DNA from: an uncultured Actinomycetota bacterium
Lineage (GTDB): Bacteria; Actinomycetota; Actinomycetes; CAVWCF01
Direction: 5' to 3'
NCBI GenBank assembly: GCA_963753435.1
Contig: CAVWCF010000001.1
Location: 896,001 to 960,000 of the forward strand
DNA length: 64,000 bases
Shown here one piece after another: positions 19,165-28,317 of the stretch. Numbering within the stretch: position 1 is the first letter of the stretch; each line of letters begins with the position of its first letter. Under the pieces are notes generated by a model that worked only from the letters and a program-made list of their open reading frames with translations, did no database searches and was not told where the DNA came from. Made by a program: the position numbers and the translations under genes.

Positions 19165-19799
19165 GAAGCACCCGCTAGGCGCACGACATCGACGTCCCCG
19201 GTGCGAACCGCGCCGACGACCAGCCCGGCATCCGCCGCGTCCACCTCCACCACGACGGCCGTCTGGCCAGCCGCGAAACCAGCTTCGGCGACCACGTCCG
19301 AAACCACCGCCGCCGGCAGCACGAGCTCGGGGTCGGCACCTTCCGCAGACTGTGGCGTCACGTAGATGTCGACCTGCTCGCCCCGCCCCAGCCCCGGCGG
19401 TAGGTGCAGCGCATCCACGGGAAGGGTGACCAGCCGTTGGCTGACCGCGACTTGCGCCAGGGCGCGTACGGGCAGCAGCTCGCCGGTCGCGATCGGGACT
19501 GCCAGCGTCCGCCCGGCCGGCGATTCACCGGCGGTGCCCACGTAGCGGTCCACGCCGTCATCAAGTCGCACACCCACGAGGCGGATGTCCGCGGTGGTGA
19601 GCGTTGTCCCGGCGGGGAGATCCGCCGCGGCAGCCCACACCAGAACCGACTCGTCGGCGGCCGCCACTACCCGAGTACCGAGGACCACCGAACCGAGCAC
19701 CAGCAGCAGTCCGATCACCGCACGCGGATTCCCCCAGCGGGTTGCGGACACTCGATTGGCTCGCCTGGCGGGCAGGTCGGTGGGCGATGTTGGGGTCAT
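19161..19799 (-). CDS. SAF-domain, CpaB/RcpC-like membrane-anchored protein
   Basis: TM helix GLLLVLGSVVLG, SAF motif VWAAAADLPAGTTLTTADI...PIATGELL, RcpC-like LGRGEQVDIYVT. GTGA-coupled to the ATPase gene. Confidence 0.85.
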   Translation of the reverse strand: MTPTSPTDLPARRANRVSATRWGNPRAVIGLLLVLGSVVLGTRVVAAADESVLVWAAAADLPAGTTLTTADIRLVGVRLDDGVDRYVGTAGESPAGRTLAVPIATGELLPVRALAQVAVSQRLVTLPVDALHLPPGLGRGEQVDIYVTPQSAEGADPELVLPAAVVSDVVAEAGFAAGQTAVVVEVDAADAGLVVGAVRTGDVDVVRLAGAS

Positions 19800-19965
19800 G
19801 GTCACAAGGGCTCCCAGTGCGGCGGAACGGGCATGGTCCCCGAACGCGGCGAAAGCGCCGGAATGATTTCCACAGCCCACTCAACCGCGCGATCACACCT
19901 GTCACACTGGGGCAGTTGATCTCCGTAGGGGATCGGTTGATACCAGTTGGCTTGAGGGAGTTGAG

Positions 19966-20181
19966 TTGGCACCGCGATTCCTCACCTTGACCGACGTGGC
20001 CGAGATGCTGAACATCTCCTCGGCCCAGACCTATGCGTTGGTACGCAGCGGCGACTTGCCGGCGATCAAGGTGGGCGGGCGCGGTCAGTGGCGGGTTGAG
20101 GCGGCGGTCCTGGAGGAGTACATCCAGCGGCTGTACGCGCAGACAAGAGAGCAGGTAGGGCGCGGTCTCGTCGAGGACTGA
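19966..20181 (+). CDS. Small Xis/BldC-like winged-HTH DNA-binding protein (71 aa)
   Basis: FLTLTDVAEMLNIS..TYALVRSGDLPAIKVGGRGQWRV. GAGGGAG SD before TTG. Confidence 0.9.
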   Translation: MAPRFLTLTDVAEMLNISSAQTYALVRSGDLPAIKVGGRGQWRVEAAVLEEYIQRLYAQTREQVGRGLVED

Positions 20182-20216
20182 ACTCTGCCGGCAGGCGGGC
20201 GCTCGCCCGAGTCGGA

Positions 20217-20741
20217 CTAGCGCCAGGAGAGCAAGGCCAGATTGGCGGTCGGGAAGCAGAGCAGCTCCGGATCGGATCCCCGCTGCAAATCCACGGTGTC
20301 GGCGCCGACTGAGGTGATTCGGCCCCGAATCCGGGTTCCGTCAACCAACGCCAGGGCGATCTCGCCGCCGTCCACGAGCCTGCGCAGCACCGCCGTGAGC
20401 CCATAGCCGGCGGCGACTGCCGACTCCAGCGCAGGATCCCGAGCCCCTTCGCCCAGCCCGGTCACCTGAGTGACGGCAGCCAGCACGACCAGAGCCTCCA
20501 CGGTGTCGGCACCGCGCAGCAGGCACCAGTCGGGGCCGACATCGACCACGGTCCCGCGGGCCCAGTCGGCCCCGGTCACGCGCATGCCGACCTCATCCCC
20601 CACCGCAGCGGCCAGCCGATCAACAAGGCGGATGCGTGACCGCTCCGCCACCAGGCGCTCCGCGATCTCGCCCTCGTTCTCGGCGACCTGCTCGCGGTCC
20701 CAGCTGTCCGCCAGGTCTGCAGCGACTTCTTCCCAACGCAT
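20217..20741 (-). CDS. Conserved hypothetical protein (174 aa) with two Sm/Hfq-like repeats
   Basis: Start re-assigned to ATG 20741 (MRWEEVAADL), 7 nt after TACGGT. Internal repeats RGTVVDVGPD / RGRITSVGAD. The fold is inferred. Confidence 0.82.
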   Translation of the reverse strand: MRWEEVAADLADSWDREQVAENEGEIAERLVAERSRIRLVDRLAAAVGDEVGMRVTGADWARGTVVDVGPDWCLLRGADTVEALVVLAAVTQVTGLGEGARDPALESAVAAGYGLTAVLRRLVDGGEIALALVDGTRIRGRITSVGADTVDLQRGSDPELLCFPTANLALLSWR

Positions 20742-20777
20742 GCGGTCAACCGTATCCCGGGTATCCACAAGCGGGCC

Positions 20778-20806
20778 TTGACCGCACCAAAACGCGCGCT
20801 TATGGT
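20778..20806 (+). promoter_or_regulatory. Housekeeping-type promoter of the lysM-Rv3235 operon
   Basis: TTGACC (20778-83)-N17-TATGGT (20801-06), followed by a GAGG SD and GTG 20844. Confidence 0.75.
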
Positions 20807-20843
20807 CCGAGCCACAGCAAACGACATCAAACAGAGGTAAATC

Positions 20844-21458
20844 GTGCCAATAACCGTTGACGCAGTCGCCGCACCGCTCGCGTCCGCCGCTTTCTGCTTC
20901 GCCGCCGGCTGGATCGGCCTCGCGCTGACGGCCAGGTTGCTGGGTCGCCTGCCCGGGGTTGTGGGGACCCTGGCCCGTCGAATCGCGGACAGCGTTACCC
21001 CGAGGTTCGTGCGCACCGCGATAGCCGCAGTCGTCGGTCTTGGGCTGGGCGCGGGTCCCGCCACTGCCGCCGAAGACCCGCTGCCACGGTTGGACCGCGT
21101 ATCCAGCGGCCAACAGTTGGGGGTTACCCCAAGCGCCTACCCACCGGCGACGCCACCGGCGACTTCGGCGGCCGACCCAGCCGCCACTGCCGCGGCTGAC
21201 CCAACCTCTCCCGCTGCCGACCCAACCTCGCGCACGGCTGCAGCGTCCGTCGACGCAGCGCCGGTGCCCTACGTGGTGAAGCGCGGCGACACGCTGTGGG
21301 CGATCGCGGCCAAGCACCTGCCCCCGACCGCCACAGCGGCGGATGTCGACCGAACGTGGCGGCAATGGTGGCTGGCGAATCGCACAGTGATCGGCGCCAA
21401 TCCGAACCTGATCCGTCCCGGACAGGAACTGGCGCAACCGGAAAGTGCGGCTCGGTGA
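20844..21458 (+). CDS. Membrane-anchored LysM domain protein
   Basis: Hydrophobic N-terminal segments, Ala/Pro/Thr linker (AADP x4), YVVKRGDTLWAIA...WWLANRTVIGANPNLIRPGQEL. Confidence 0.9.
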   Translation: MPITVDAVAAPLASAAFCFAAGWIGLALTARLLGRLPGVVGTLARRIADSVTPRFVRTAIAAVVGLGLGAGPATAAEDPLPRLDRVSSGQQLGVTPSAYPPATPPATSAADPAATAAADPTSPAADPTSRTAAASVDAAPVPYVVKRGDTLWAIAAKHLPPTATAADVDRTWRQWWLANRTVIGANPNLIRPGQELAQPESAAR

Positions 21459-22072
21459 TGAACGAGACAGCGACTTCGAACGTCAATTCCGTCGTGAACG
21501 ACGAGTCAACAACTGCGGGTGCTGCGGCCGTGCACCGCGGACCTCGGCTGCGCTTGGTGCCCAAGCTGGAATCGATCCCCGTCCCGTCCGGGGCAGTCGC
21601 CGACGCCCCGTCGACCCCGGCGCCGCCAGCGTTGACGGGCGCGGCCCCGGTCCAGGGAACGCTGGCCCTGGCCTTCGAATTGCCCAGCGGGGTGCCCGCG
21701 GCTCCGGAACCCCCTGACCTTCAGGTCCTGGGGTCCGCTACCGACGACGAATTGCGGAATTGGGCCGGCATGCTCGGGGTCGCCCTCATCGAGGTCGTCG
21801 CAGGCCTCCGGCCGCTGCGCCAGGTCGCCGGCTGGACGACGCACCGGGTCGGTCAGCAACTCAGCAGGCACCTGCGGTCAGCGCCCACCGCTCGACGAAA
21901 CAGCGGGGATCGCGGCAGAGCACGATTGCGCTCGGTCCATGTGACGCTGGTCAGCCCCGAGGCGGCAGAGGCAACGGTCGTCGTAGCTCAGGACAGCCGG
22001 GTGCGTGCCGCGGCACTTCGCCTACAACGGCGGCACGGCAAGTGGGTATGCGCCGCGTTCGTGGTCGCATAA
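21458..22072 (+). CDS. Rv3235 family protein
   Basis: QGTLALAF, EVVAGLRPLRQV..W, EATVVV...RVRAAALRL...W.C. TGATG overlap with lysM. Convergent with secA. Confidence 0.85.
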   Translation: MNETATSNVNSVVNDESTTAGAAAVHRGPRLRLVPKLESIPVPSGAVADAPSTPAPPALTGAAPVQGTLALAFELPSGVPAAPEPPDLQVLGSATDDELRNWAGMLGVALIEVVAGLRPLRQVAGWTTHRVGQQLSRHLRSAPTARRNSGDRGRARLRSVHVTLVSPEAAEATVVVAQDSRVRAAALRLQRRHGKWVCAAFVVA

Positions 22073-22106
22073 GCGCCAACCCGTGCCAACTCCCAGCCGC
22101 TACCGG

Positions 22107-24938
22107 CTACCGGCGGCGCTTCTTGTTCGCCCGTTCGGCGCGGCGCCGCTCAGCCCTGGACGCATTCGGATCGACGACCACGGGTTCACCCGCGTCGGCA
22201 CCGACGTCACCACCGGTGCGCACCACGTCACCGGTCTCCCCCGGCGCTGAGTACTGCACCTGCTTGGGGCCGCCGGCCTGCAAGCCCTTCGCGGTCACCA
22301 GCGGCTTCTGGCCACCGGCCAGCGCCGCGATGACGGACTGCGCGTCCGAGCCACTGAGCGGACCTGCCCCGCCACGGCCGCCAGAGACATCCGGAAGTGC
22401 GCCTTGCGGGGTCACCTGGGCCGCCGCGGCGGCGTTGGGGTCGTTCACCTGGACTTCGACGTTGAACAGGAGCCCGACCGACTCCTCCTTGACCGAGTCC
22501 ATCATCGCCGCGAAGAGTTCATAGCCCTCGCGCGTGTACTCCACCAATGGATTGCGCTGAGCCATCGCCCGCAGGCCGATGCCCTCCTTGAGGTAGTCCA
22601 TCTCATAAAGGTGCTCGCGCCACTTGCGGTCCACGACGGACAGGACCACGCGCCGCTCGAGTTCGCGCATTGCCTCCGAACCGAGATCCTCCTCGCGGCG
22701 GTCATACGCGCTGTGAGCGTCTTCCAGCAGGCGCTCCAACAAGAAGTCGCCCGTCAAGCCGTTGACGTCGCCGCCAGCCTCCTCGACTACTTCCTCCAGC
22801 GACGGCCCAACCGGGTACAGCGTCCCGAGCGCGGTCCACAACTGCTCCAGGTCCCACTCCTCCGGGAAGCCTTCGGCAGTTGCCGAGGTGACGTAGTCGG
22901 TGATCGTGTCGTCGACCATTCCGCGGATCTGCTCGACTAGATCCTCACCGTTCAGGACCCGCTGCCGCTCCGCGTAGACCACCTTGCGCTGGGTGTTCAT
23001 CACGTCGTCGTACTTGAGCACGTTCTTGCGGATCTCGAAGTTCTGCCGCTCCACCTGCGTCTGTGCGCTGGCGATCGCGTTCGAAACCATCTTGGCCTCG
23101 ATGGGCACGTCGTCGGGAATGTCGAACGTGGTCAGCACGCGGTCGACAACGCCAGACTTGAACAGCCGCATCAGGTCGTCTTCCAGCGACAGGTAGAAGC
23201 GGGACTCACCCGGGTCCCCCTGGCGGCCGGACCGCCCCCGCAACTGGTTGTCGATGCGACGGCTCTCGTGGCGCTCCGTCCCGAGCACGTAGAGCCCGCC
23301 CAGGTCCACGACCTCTTCGTGTTCACGCTTCACGGATTCCTCGGCCTTGTGCAAGGCATCCGGCCACGCCGCCTCGTACTCCTCTGGCGACTCCGAAGGT
23401 GTCAGCCCGCGCTGCTCCAGTTCGGCCGACGCCATGAACTCCGGGTTGCCGCCGAGCATGATGTCGGTACCGCGACCGGCCATGTTCGTCGCAACCGTGA
23501 CCGCGCCTTTGCGGCCGGCCTGGGCAACCACATGCGCCTCTCGCGCGTGCTGCTTGGCGTTGAGAACCTCGTGTGGCACGCCGCGCTTGCGCAGCGCCTG
23601 GGACAACAGTTCCGACTTCTCCACGCTCACCGTGCCGACCAGAACCGGCTGCCCCGCCTCGTGGCGATCCACCAGATCGTCGACGACCGCGTTGAACTTG
23701 GCCTCCTCCGTGCGGTAGATCAGGTCGGCCTCGTCCGCGCGTGCCATCGGCCGGTTGGTCGGGATCGGCACCACTCCGAGGCCGTAGATCTGGGAGAACT
23801 CAGCTGCCTCCGTCATCGCGGTGCCGGTCATTCCGCCCAACTTGGAGTACAGGCGGAAGTAGTTCTGCAGCGTGATCGTGGCCAGCGTCTGGTTCTCCTG
23901 CTTGATCTGGACGCCTTCTTTGGCCTCGATGGCCTGGTGCATGCCCTCGTTGTAGCGGCGGCCCGCAAGGATGCGACCGGTGTGCTCGTCGACGATCAGG
24001 ACCTCGCCGTCCATGATCACGTAGTCCCGGTCCAGCCGGTACAACTCCTTGGCCTTGAGTGCGTTGTTCAGGTAGCCAACGAGATTCGTGTGCGCTGACT
24101 CGTACAGGTTCTCCATGCCGAGGTGGTCCTCCACCTTGGCCACCCCGGATTCCAGCACCCCGACGGTGCGCTTCTTCTCGTCCACCTCGTAGTCCTCGTC
24201 GCGGCGCAGGCGCGTCGCGATTCGCGCGAACTCCGTGTACCACTGCTGGCTCTCCTCCACCGGTCCGCTGATGATCAGCGGCGTGCGGGCCTCATCGATG
24301 AGGATGGAGTCGACCTCGTCGATGACCGCGAAGTTGTGGCCCCGCTGCACCAAGTCATTCGGGGACCAAGCCATGTTGTCCCGCAGATAGTCGAAGCCGA
24401 ACTCGTTGTTCGTCCCGTAGGTGATGTCCGCGTCGTAGGCCACGCGTCGTTCGGCCGGTGACATCTGCGACAGGATCACGCCGACTTCGAGGCCGAGGAA
24501 GCGGTGGACCCGACCCATCCACTCAGAGTCGCGCTTGGCGAGGTAGTCGTTAACGGTGACGATGTGGACACCGTCACCGGAGATCGCGTTCAGATAGGCG
24601 GGGAGGGTGGATACCAGCGTCTTACCCTCACCGGTCCGCATCTCAGCGATGTTGCCTAGGTGCAACGCGGCGCCACCTTGGATCTGAACGTCGTAGTGGC
24701 GCTGACCCAAGGTCCGCTTGGCCGCCTCGCGGACGGTGGCGAATGCCTCCGGCATCAAGTCGTCAAGGGACTCCCCGTCGGCGTAGCGCTGCCTGTACTC
24801 GTCGGTGAGCGCACGGAGCTCGGCATCCGTCAGGTCGACAAAGTCCTCCTCGATGGAGTTGACCTGGGCTGAGATCCGCGCCAGCTGCTTGAGGATCTTG
24901 CCTTCGCCGGCACGCAGGATCCGATCGAGGATGGACAC
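22107..24938 (-). CDS. secA: Preprotein translocase ATPase SecA
   Basis: [61 protein letters not shown]. Confidence 0.99.
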   Translation of the reverse strand: MSILDRILRAGEGKILKQLARISAQVNSIEEDFVDLTDAELRALTDEYRQRYADGESLDDLMPEAFATVREAAKRTLGQRHYDVQIQGGAALHLGNIAEMRTGEGKTLVSTLPAYLNAISGDGVHIVTVNDYLAKRDSEWMGRVHRFLGLEVGVILSQMSPAERRVAYDADITYGTNNEFGFDYLRDNMAWSPNDLVQRGHNFAVIDEVDSILIDEARTPLIISGPVEESQQWYTEFARIATRLRRDEDYEVDEKKRTVGVLESGVAKVEDHLGMENLYESAHTNLVGYLNNALKAKELYRLDRDYVIMDGEVLIVDEHTGRILAGRRYNEGMHQAIEAKEGVQIKQENQTLATITLQNYFRLYSKLGGMTGTAMTEAAEFSQIYGLGVVPIPTNRPMARADEADLIYRTEEAKFNAVVDDLVDRHEAGQPVLVGTVSVEKSELLSQALRKRGVPHEVLNAKQHAREAHVVAQAGRKGAVTVATNMAGRGTDIMLGGNPEFMASAELEQRGLTPSESPEEYEAAWPDALHKAEESVKREHEEVVDLGGLYVLGTERHESRRIDNQLRGRSGRQGDPGESRFYLSLEDDLMRLFKSGVVDRVLTTFDIPDDVPIEAKMVSNAIASAQTQVERQNFEIRKNVLKYDDVMNTQRKVVYAERQRVLNGEDLVEQIRGMVDDTITDYVTSATAEGFPEEWDLEQLWTALGTLYPVGPSLEEVVEEAGGDVNGLTGDFLLERLLEDAHSAYDRREEDLGSEAMRELERRVVLSVVDRKWREHLYEMDYLKEGIGLRAMAQRNPLVEYTREGYELFAAMMDSVKEESVGLLFNVEVQVNDPNAAAAAQVTPQGALPDVSGGRGGAGPLSGSDAQSVIAALAGGQKPLVTAKGLQAGGPKQVQYSAPGETGDVVRTGGDVGADAGEPVVVDPNASRAERRRAERANKKRRR

Positions 24939-25085
24939 TTATGACTCGCTTTCGGGGCTTCGGCGGTCCCGCTCGCGGTTGGGCCGAGTGGGTGGAACTA
25001 CAGCATCGCTACCGCATGGTAATCGGCGCCGGGCCGATAACCCCGGCTAGCGCACTCAGGCGGCGGCGGAGGGCATGCTGCGGCC

Positions 25086-25631
25086 ATGCTGCCAGTGGAA
25101 ATCGCCGCGGGGGTCCTGCAGTTGCGGCCGCTGGAGTCCGGCCACACGTCGCAACTGCTGGACAGCCTGAATGACCCGGGGCTGCGGGCGGCCAGCGCCA
25201 TCGCCGCGCGGGGCGACCGAACGGCGGCTGCGGCGACAGCCCAGTTCATCGCTGCCACGCAGGACTGGACGGACCGCGAGTGCTGCTGGGGGATCTTCGA
25301 CACCACGGGGACCGTTCTCGGTGGTGTCAGCGTTTTCGCGATCGACGCTGACCAAGCCAGTGGTCAGGTGGGCTACTGGACGCTGCCGGGCGCCCGCGGG
25401 CGTGGCGTGGCCACCGCCGCCGTCAAAGCCGTTTCCAGGTGGGCCTTCGGCCAACTCCAGTTGCACCGGATCGAGTTGTTTCACGCCGTGGACAACCTGC
25501 CGTCATGCCGGGTGGCCCAACGGGCCGGGTTCACCCTGGAAGGTGAACTGCGGCAGAGCTACCGGTACCACGACGGGATTCGTCGGGACGAACACCTGCA
25601 CGCGCGGCTGGCCGCGGACCCAGCACCGTGA
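25086..25631 (+). CDS. RimJ/RimL-type GNAT acetyltransferase
   Basis: QVGYW..PGARGRGVA, N..SCRVAQRAGF.LEG.LR. Confidence 0.9.
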   Translation: MLPVEIAAGVLQLRPLESGHTSQLLDSLNDPGLRAASAIAARGDRTAAAATAQFIAATQDWTDRECCWGIFDTTGTVLGGVSVFAIDADQASGQVGYWTLPGARGRGVATAAVKAVSRWAFGQLQLHRIELFHAVDNLPSCRVAQRAGFTLEGELRQSYRYHDGIRRDEHLHARLAADPAP

Positions 25632-25677
25632 GCCAGCCCCTGCCTTCGGGTTCCCGTCATCGTGCGGAACCGGCCCA

Positions 25678-26892
25678 ATGAGTACACGCCGCAGGAGTAG
25701 CGGGCAGGCGGGGGCGCAACCGGACGCCGAAACCGCGGAATTGTCCAGCGCCGAAGCTCGCCGGATCGCGCTGCGCGCCCAGGGCCTGCTCGGCACGCGC
25801 ATCACCGGCGGCCCGTTGGGGGTTCTGCGGCGAGTCGGCGCGGTGCAACTGGACACGATCAGCGTGTTGGCCCGCAGCCATGAACTGATCCCCTATGCCC
25901 GGCTCGGACCCGTCGGAGCGCGCCGGGTCGAGCGGGCCTTCTGGTCCGGGGGCACCCCGCGAACGTTTGAGTACTGGGCCCACGCCGCCTGCATCCTCCC
26001 CATCGAGGACTGGCCGCTGTTCGCCTTCCGCCGCCAGCAGTTCCGCGAACGGGGCAAGCGCTGGCATGACGTCCCCACGACCGCCGTCGCACAGGTCAAG
26101 CAACGGCTGCGTGATGAGGGCCCGCTGATGACCCGCGACCTCGGCGGCGGGCGACGCGGTGGGCCTTGGTGGGACTGGTCCGACGTCAAGGTCGCCGTCG
26201 AATGGCTGCTGGACATCGGCGAAGTCACCGTCGCCAGGCGAGTCGGCTTCCAGCGCGTCTACGACCTCGCCGAGCGGGTAGTCCCGAACGAACTGCTCGG
26301 CCGCGAATTGGGCGAGTCCGAGTGCATTCCGCAGCTCGTGACGCGCGCCGGTCGCGCCATGGGCGTGGCCACTGTGAGCGATCTGGCCGACTACTACCGC
26401 CTGACCAGTGATCAGGTACGCCAGGCCCTGCCGGCAACGGATCTGGTGCCGGTTCGGGTTGAGGGCTGGCGCGGCCACGCCTTTGCCGATCCAAGCGGCC
26501 TGGAACAGCTCGGGGCTCGAGCCAGGACCCGGCCGACCCTGCTGTCGCCATTCGACTCGCTCATCTGGGACCGCCGCCGGACGGCTCGGCTGTTCGACTT
26601 CGCCCACCGTTTGGAGGCATACGTCCCAGCTCCCAAGCGGGTCCACGGCTACTACGCCATGCCGGTCCTGGCCGGAGACCGGCTGGTAGGTCGTGTCGAC
26701 CCGGTCCGCGAGGGCTCGATCCTGCACGCGCGCCGCGTCAGCATCGACGAACCTGAGGCGATCCCGGCGGTGGCCAAGGCGATAGCCACAGCCGCCGACT
26801 GGGTGGGGTGCGAGTCGGTACTGATCGGGCGGGTGACACCGCAAGAACACGAGGCCGCGTTGACCGCGGCCGCCGACGTCAGGCGATGCTGA
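25678..26892 (+). CDS. YcaQ/AlkZ-like (HTH_42) crosslink-repair DNA glycosylase
   Basis: ARRIALRAQG, QxD motif VQLDTISVLARSH, EYWAHAA, LLSPFDSLIWDR, EAYVP..KR.HGYY. Start approximate. Confidence 0.9.
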   Translation: MSTRRRSSGQAGAQPDAETAELSSAEARRIALRAQGLLGTRITGGPLGVLRRVGAVQLDTISVLARSHELIPYARLGPVGARRVERAFWSGGTPRTFEYWAHAACILPIEDWPLFAFRRQQFRERGKRWHDVPTTAVAQVKQRLRDEGPLMTRDLGGGRRGGPWWDWSDVKVAVEWLLDIGEVTVARRVGFQRVYDLAERVVPNELLGRELGESECIPQLVTRAGRAMGVATVSDLADYYRLTSDQVRQALPATDLVPVRVEGWRGHAFADPSGLEQLGARARTRPTLLSPFDSLIWDRRRTARLFDFAHRLEAYVPAPKRVHGYYAMPVLAGDRLVGRVDPVREGSILHARRVSIDEPEAIPAVAKAIATAADWVGCESVLIGRVTPQEHEAALTAAADVRRC

Positions 26893-27526
26893 CCAGGCCC
26901 TGGCGCACCCCGTGTGCCACTGCCCCAGTCCGCGAACGGGTCCCGGTCTTCTCCAGGATCCGGCGGACATGGTTCTTGACGGTGTTCTCGCTGATGAACA
27001 GCCGATCGGCGATGTCCCGGTTGCTGGCACCGGCCGCGATCAGGCGCAACACCTCCAACTCGCGTTCCGTCAGAGGTTCGGCGCTCGGGTCGTCGCGCAC
27101 CAGCGCCTGCAGCAGCTGCTCGGTCAGCGGGGGGCTCACGTGCACGGAACCGTCGGCGACGGCACGCACCCCAGCCGCGATCTCACCGATCGGCGCGTCG
27201 CGCAGCAGGTATCCCGCAGCGCCGGAACGCAACGCCAACGTGACCGACTGGGAGTCCGCCGACTCGGCCAGCAGCACGATGTGGGCCGGCGCCACGGCTT
27301 CCTGCCAGTTGCCCCATTGCGCCGACCCGGGCACACACATCCGCGCGGGCAGCAGGACCACGTCCGGGGTCAGACGGCGAACCACGCCGCGGGCGTCATC
27401 AAGGTCGGCCGCAACCGCGACGCTGGGCTCACCGAGGACCTCAGCCAGGGCCAACGCAGTGCCACGGCGATCCAGTTCGCGGTCGTCGACGACGAGCACC
27501 CAGCCGCTACGTCGCCTGCGCACCAC
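26879..27526 (-). CDS. Orphan NarL/LuxR-family response regulator with a degenerate receiver
   Basis: VLVVDD receiver plus LTERELEVL...SNRDIADRLFISENTVKNHV HTH. The acceptor position reads DVVLLP. Confidence 0.88.
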   Translation of the reverse strand: MVRRRRSGWVLVVDDRELDRRGTALALAEVLGEPSVAVAADLDDARGVVRRLTPDVVLLPARMCVPGSAQWGNWQEAVAPAHIVLLAESADSQSVTLALRSGAAGYLLRDAPIGEIAAGVRAVADGSVHVSPPLTEQLLQALVRDDPSAEPLTERELEVLRLIAAGASNRDIADRLFISENTVKNHVRRILEKTGTRSRTGAVAHGVRQGLVSIA

Positions 27527-27586
27527 CGGACCCCACCTCCCGGCGACATCCTGGCACCGTCGTCAGCGGCGCGAGGCCGCTTCAAC

Positions 27587-28210
27587 TCAGGCGTCGGTCA
27601 CGTTGAGGTGGATGACCCCGTAGTCGTAGCCGCGGCGCCGGTAGACCACGCTCGGCCGCCCACTTTCCTTGTCGGCGTAGAGGAAGAAGTCATGGCCGAC
27701 GAGTTCCATCTCGTACAGCGCCTGGTCCAACGTCATCGGCATGGCGTCGTGCTCCTTCTCCCGCACGACCATGGGCCCGTCCGCTGCGATCGTCGTGGCC
27801 GCACCGGGCTCGGCGACCTCGAAAGCGGTGTCCGGCTGGACCGGCGGGGTCGCCGAAACCAGCGATGCGTCGGCTTCGGCCACGATGCGCCGGGCATCGC
27901 GGCGGCGATGGTCCGCACGCCGATCGGCCCACCGACGCAACCGACCTTCCAGCTTGTCCATGGCCGCGTCCAGAGCAGCGTGCTTCTCCTCGGCGGAGGC
28001 TTCGGCGCGAATCACCGGGCCGCGACCGCGGCAAGTGAGTTCGACACGGTATGCGCGCTCGGCAAGGCGGGGGTTGGACTCCTTGGAGACCTCTACGTCG
28101 ACGCGCTGCAACTTCGGGTCGTACCGCTCCAACTTGTCGAGTTTCTCGCTTACGACCTCACGGAACTTGTCGGACACCTCCAGGTGCCGACCACTGACAA
28201 CGACGTCCAT
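27587..28210 (-). CDS. hpf: Long ribosome hibernation promoting factor
   Basis: MDVVVSGRH...VREKEH..PMTLDQALYEMELVGHDFFLY...VVYRR.GYDYG. GAGGAGG SD before ATG 28210. Confidence 0.95.
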   Translation of the reverse strand: MDVVVSGRHLEVSDKFREVVSEKLDKLERYDPKLQRVDVEVSKESNPRLAERAYRVELTCRGRGPVIRAEASAEEKHAALDAAMDKLEGRLRRWADRRADHRRRDARRIVAEADASLVSATPPVQPDTAFEVAEPGAATTIAADGPMVVREKEHDAMPMTLDQALYEMELVGHDFFLYADKESGRPSVVYRRRGYDYGVIHLNVTDA

Positions 28211-28227
28211 GTCCGCCTCCTCACCAA

Positions 28228-28303
28228 CGGCCGTGGCAAGCCCGGCCGAAACCAAGCGACCACACGGATCCGTCTCGTCTTGCGAACCGGACACGCGCGG
28301 TCG
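28228..28303 (-). promoter_or_regulatory. Structured 5' leader of hpf (two hairpins)
   Basis: 10-bp stem 28303-28294/28266-28257 (two G-U pairs) with inner stems, plus a CGGCCG hairpin at 28248-28228. TAGCGT -10 at 28320-28315. Confidence 0.45.
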
Positions 28304-28317
28304 TCACAGTTGAGACG

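Noticed and set aside
19966-20181. Excisionase indicating a prophage or integrative element
   Set aside because: No integrase, att-like repeats, tRNA or composition shift. The context is core genome.
17820-21250. Low-complexity repeats (MFS EAEAEA tail, LysM AADP linker)
   Set aside because: These are ordinary flexible tails or linkers with degenerate DNA repeats.
20742-21437. 406-aa version of the minus-strand ORF ending at 20217
   Set aside because: The extension is antisense to lysM. A -10 element supports the start at 20741.
22107-22450. SecA lacking the C-terminal SEC-C zinc motif, possible SecA2
   Set aside because: Full length, canonical hpf-secA locus, and a basic tail without SEC-C is common in actinobacterial SecA1.
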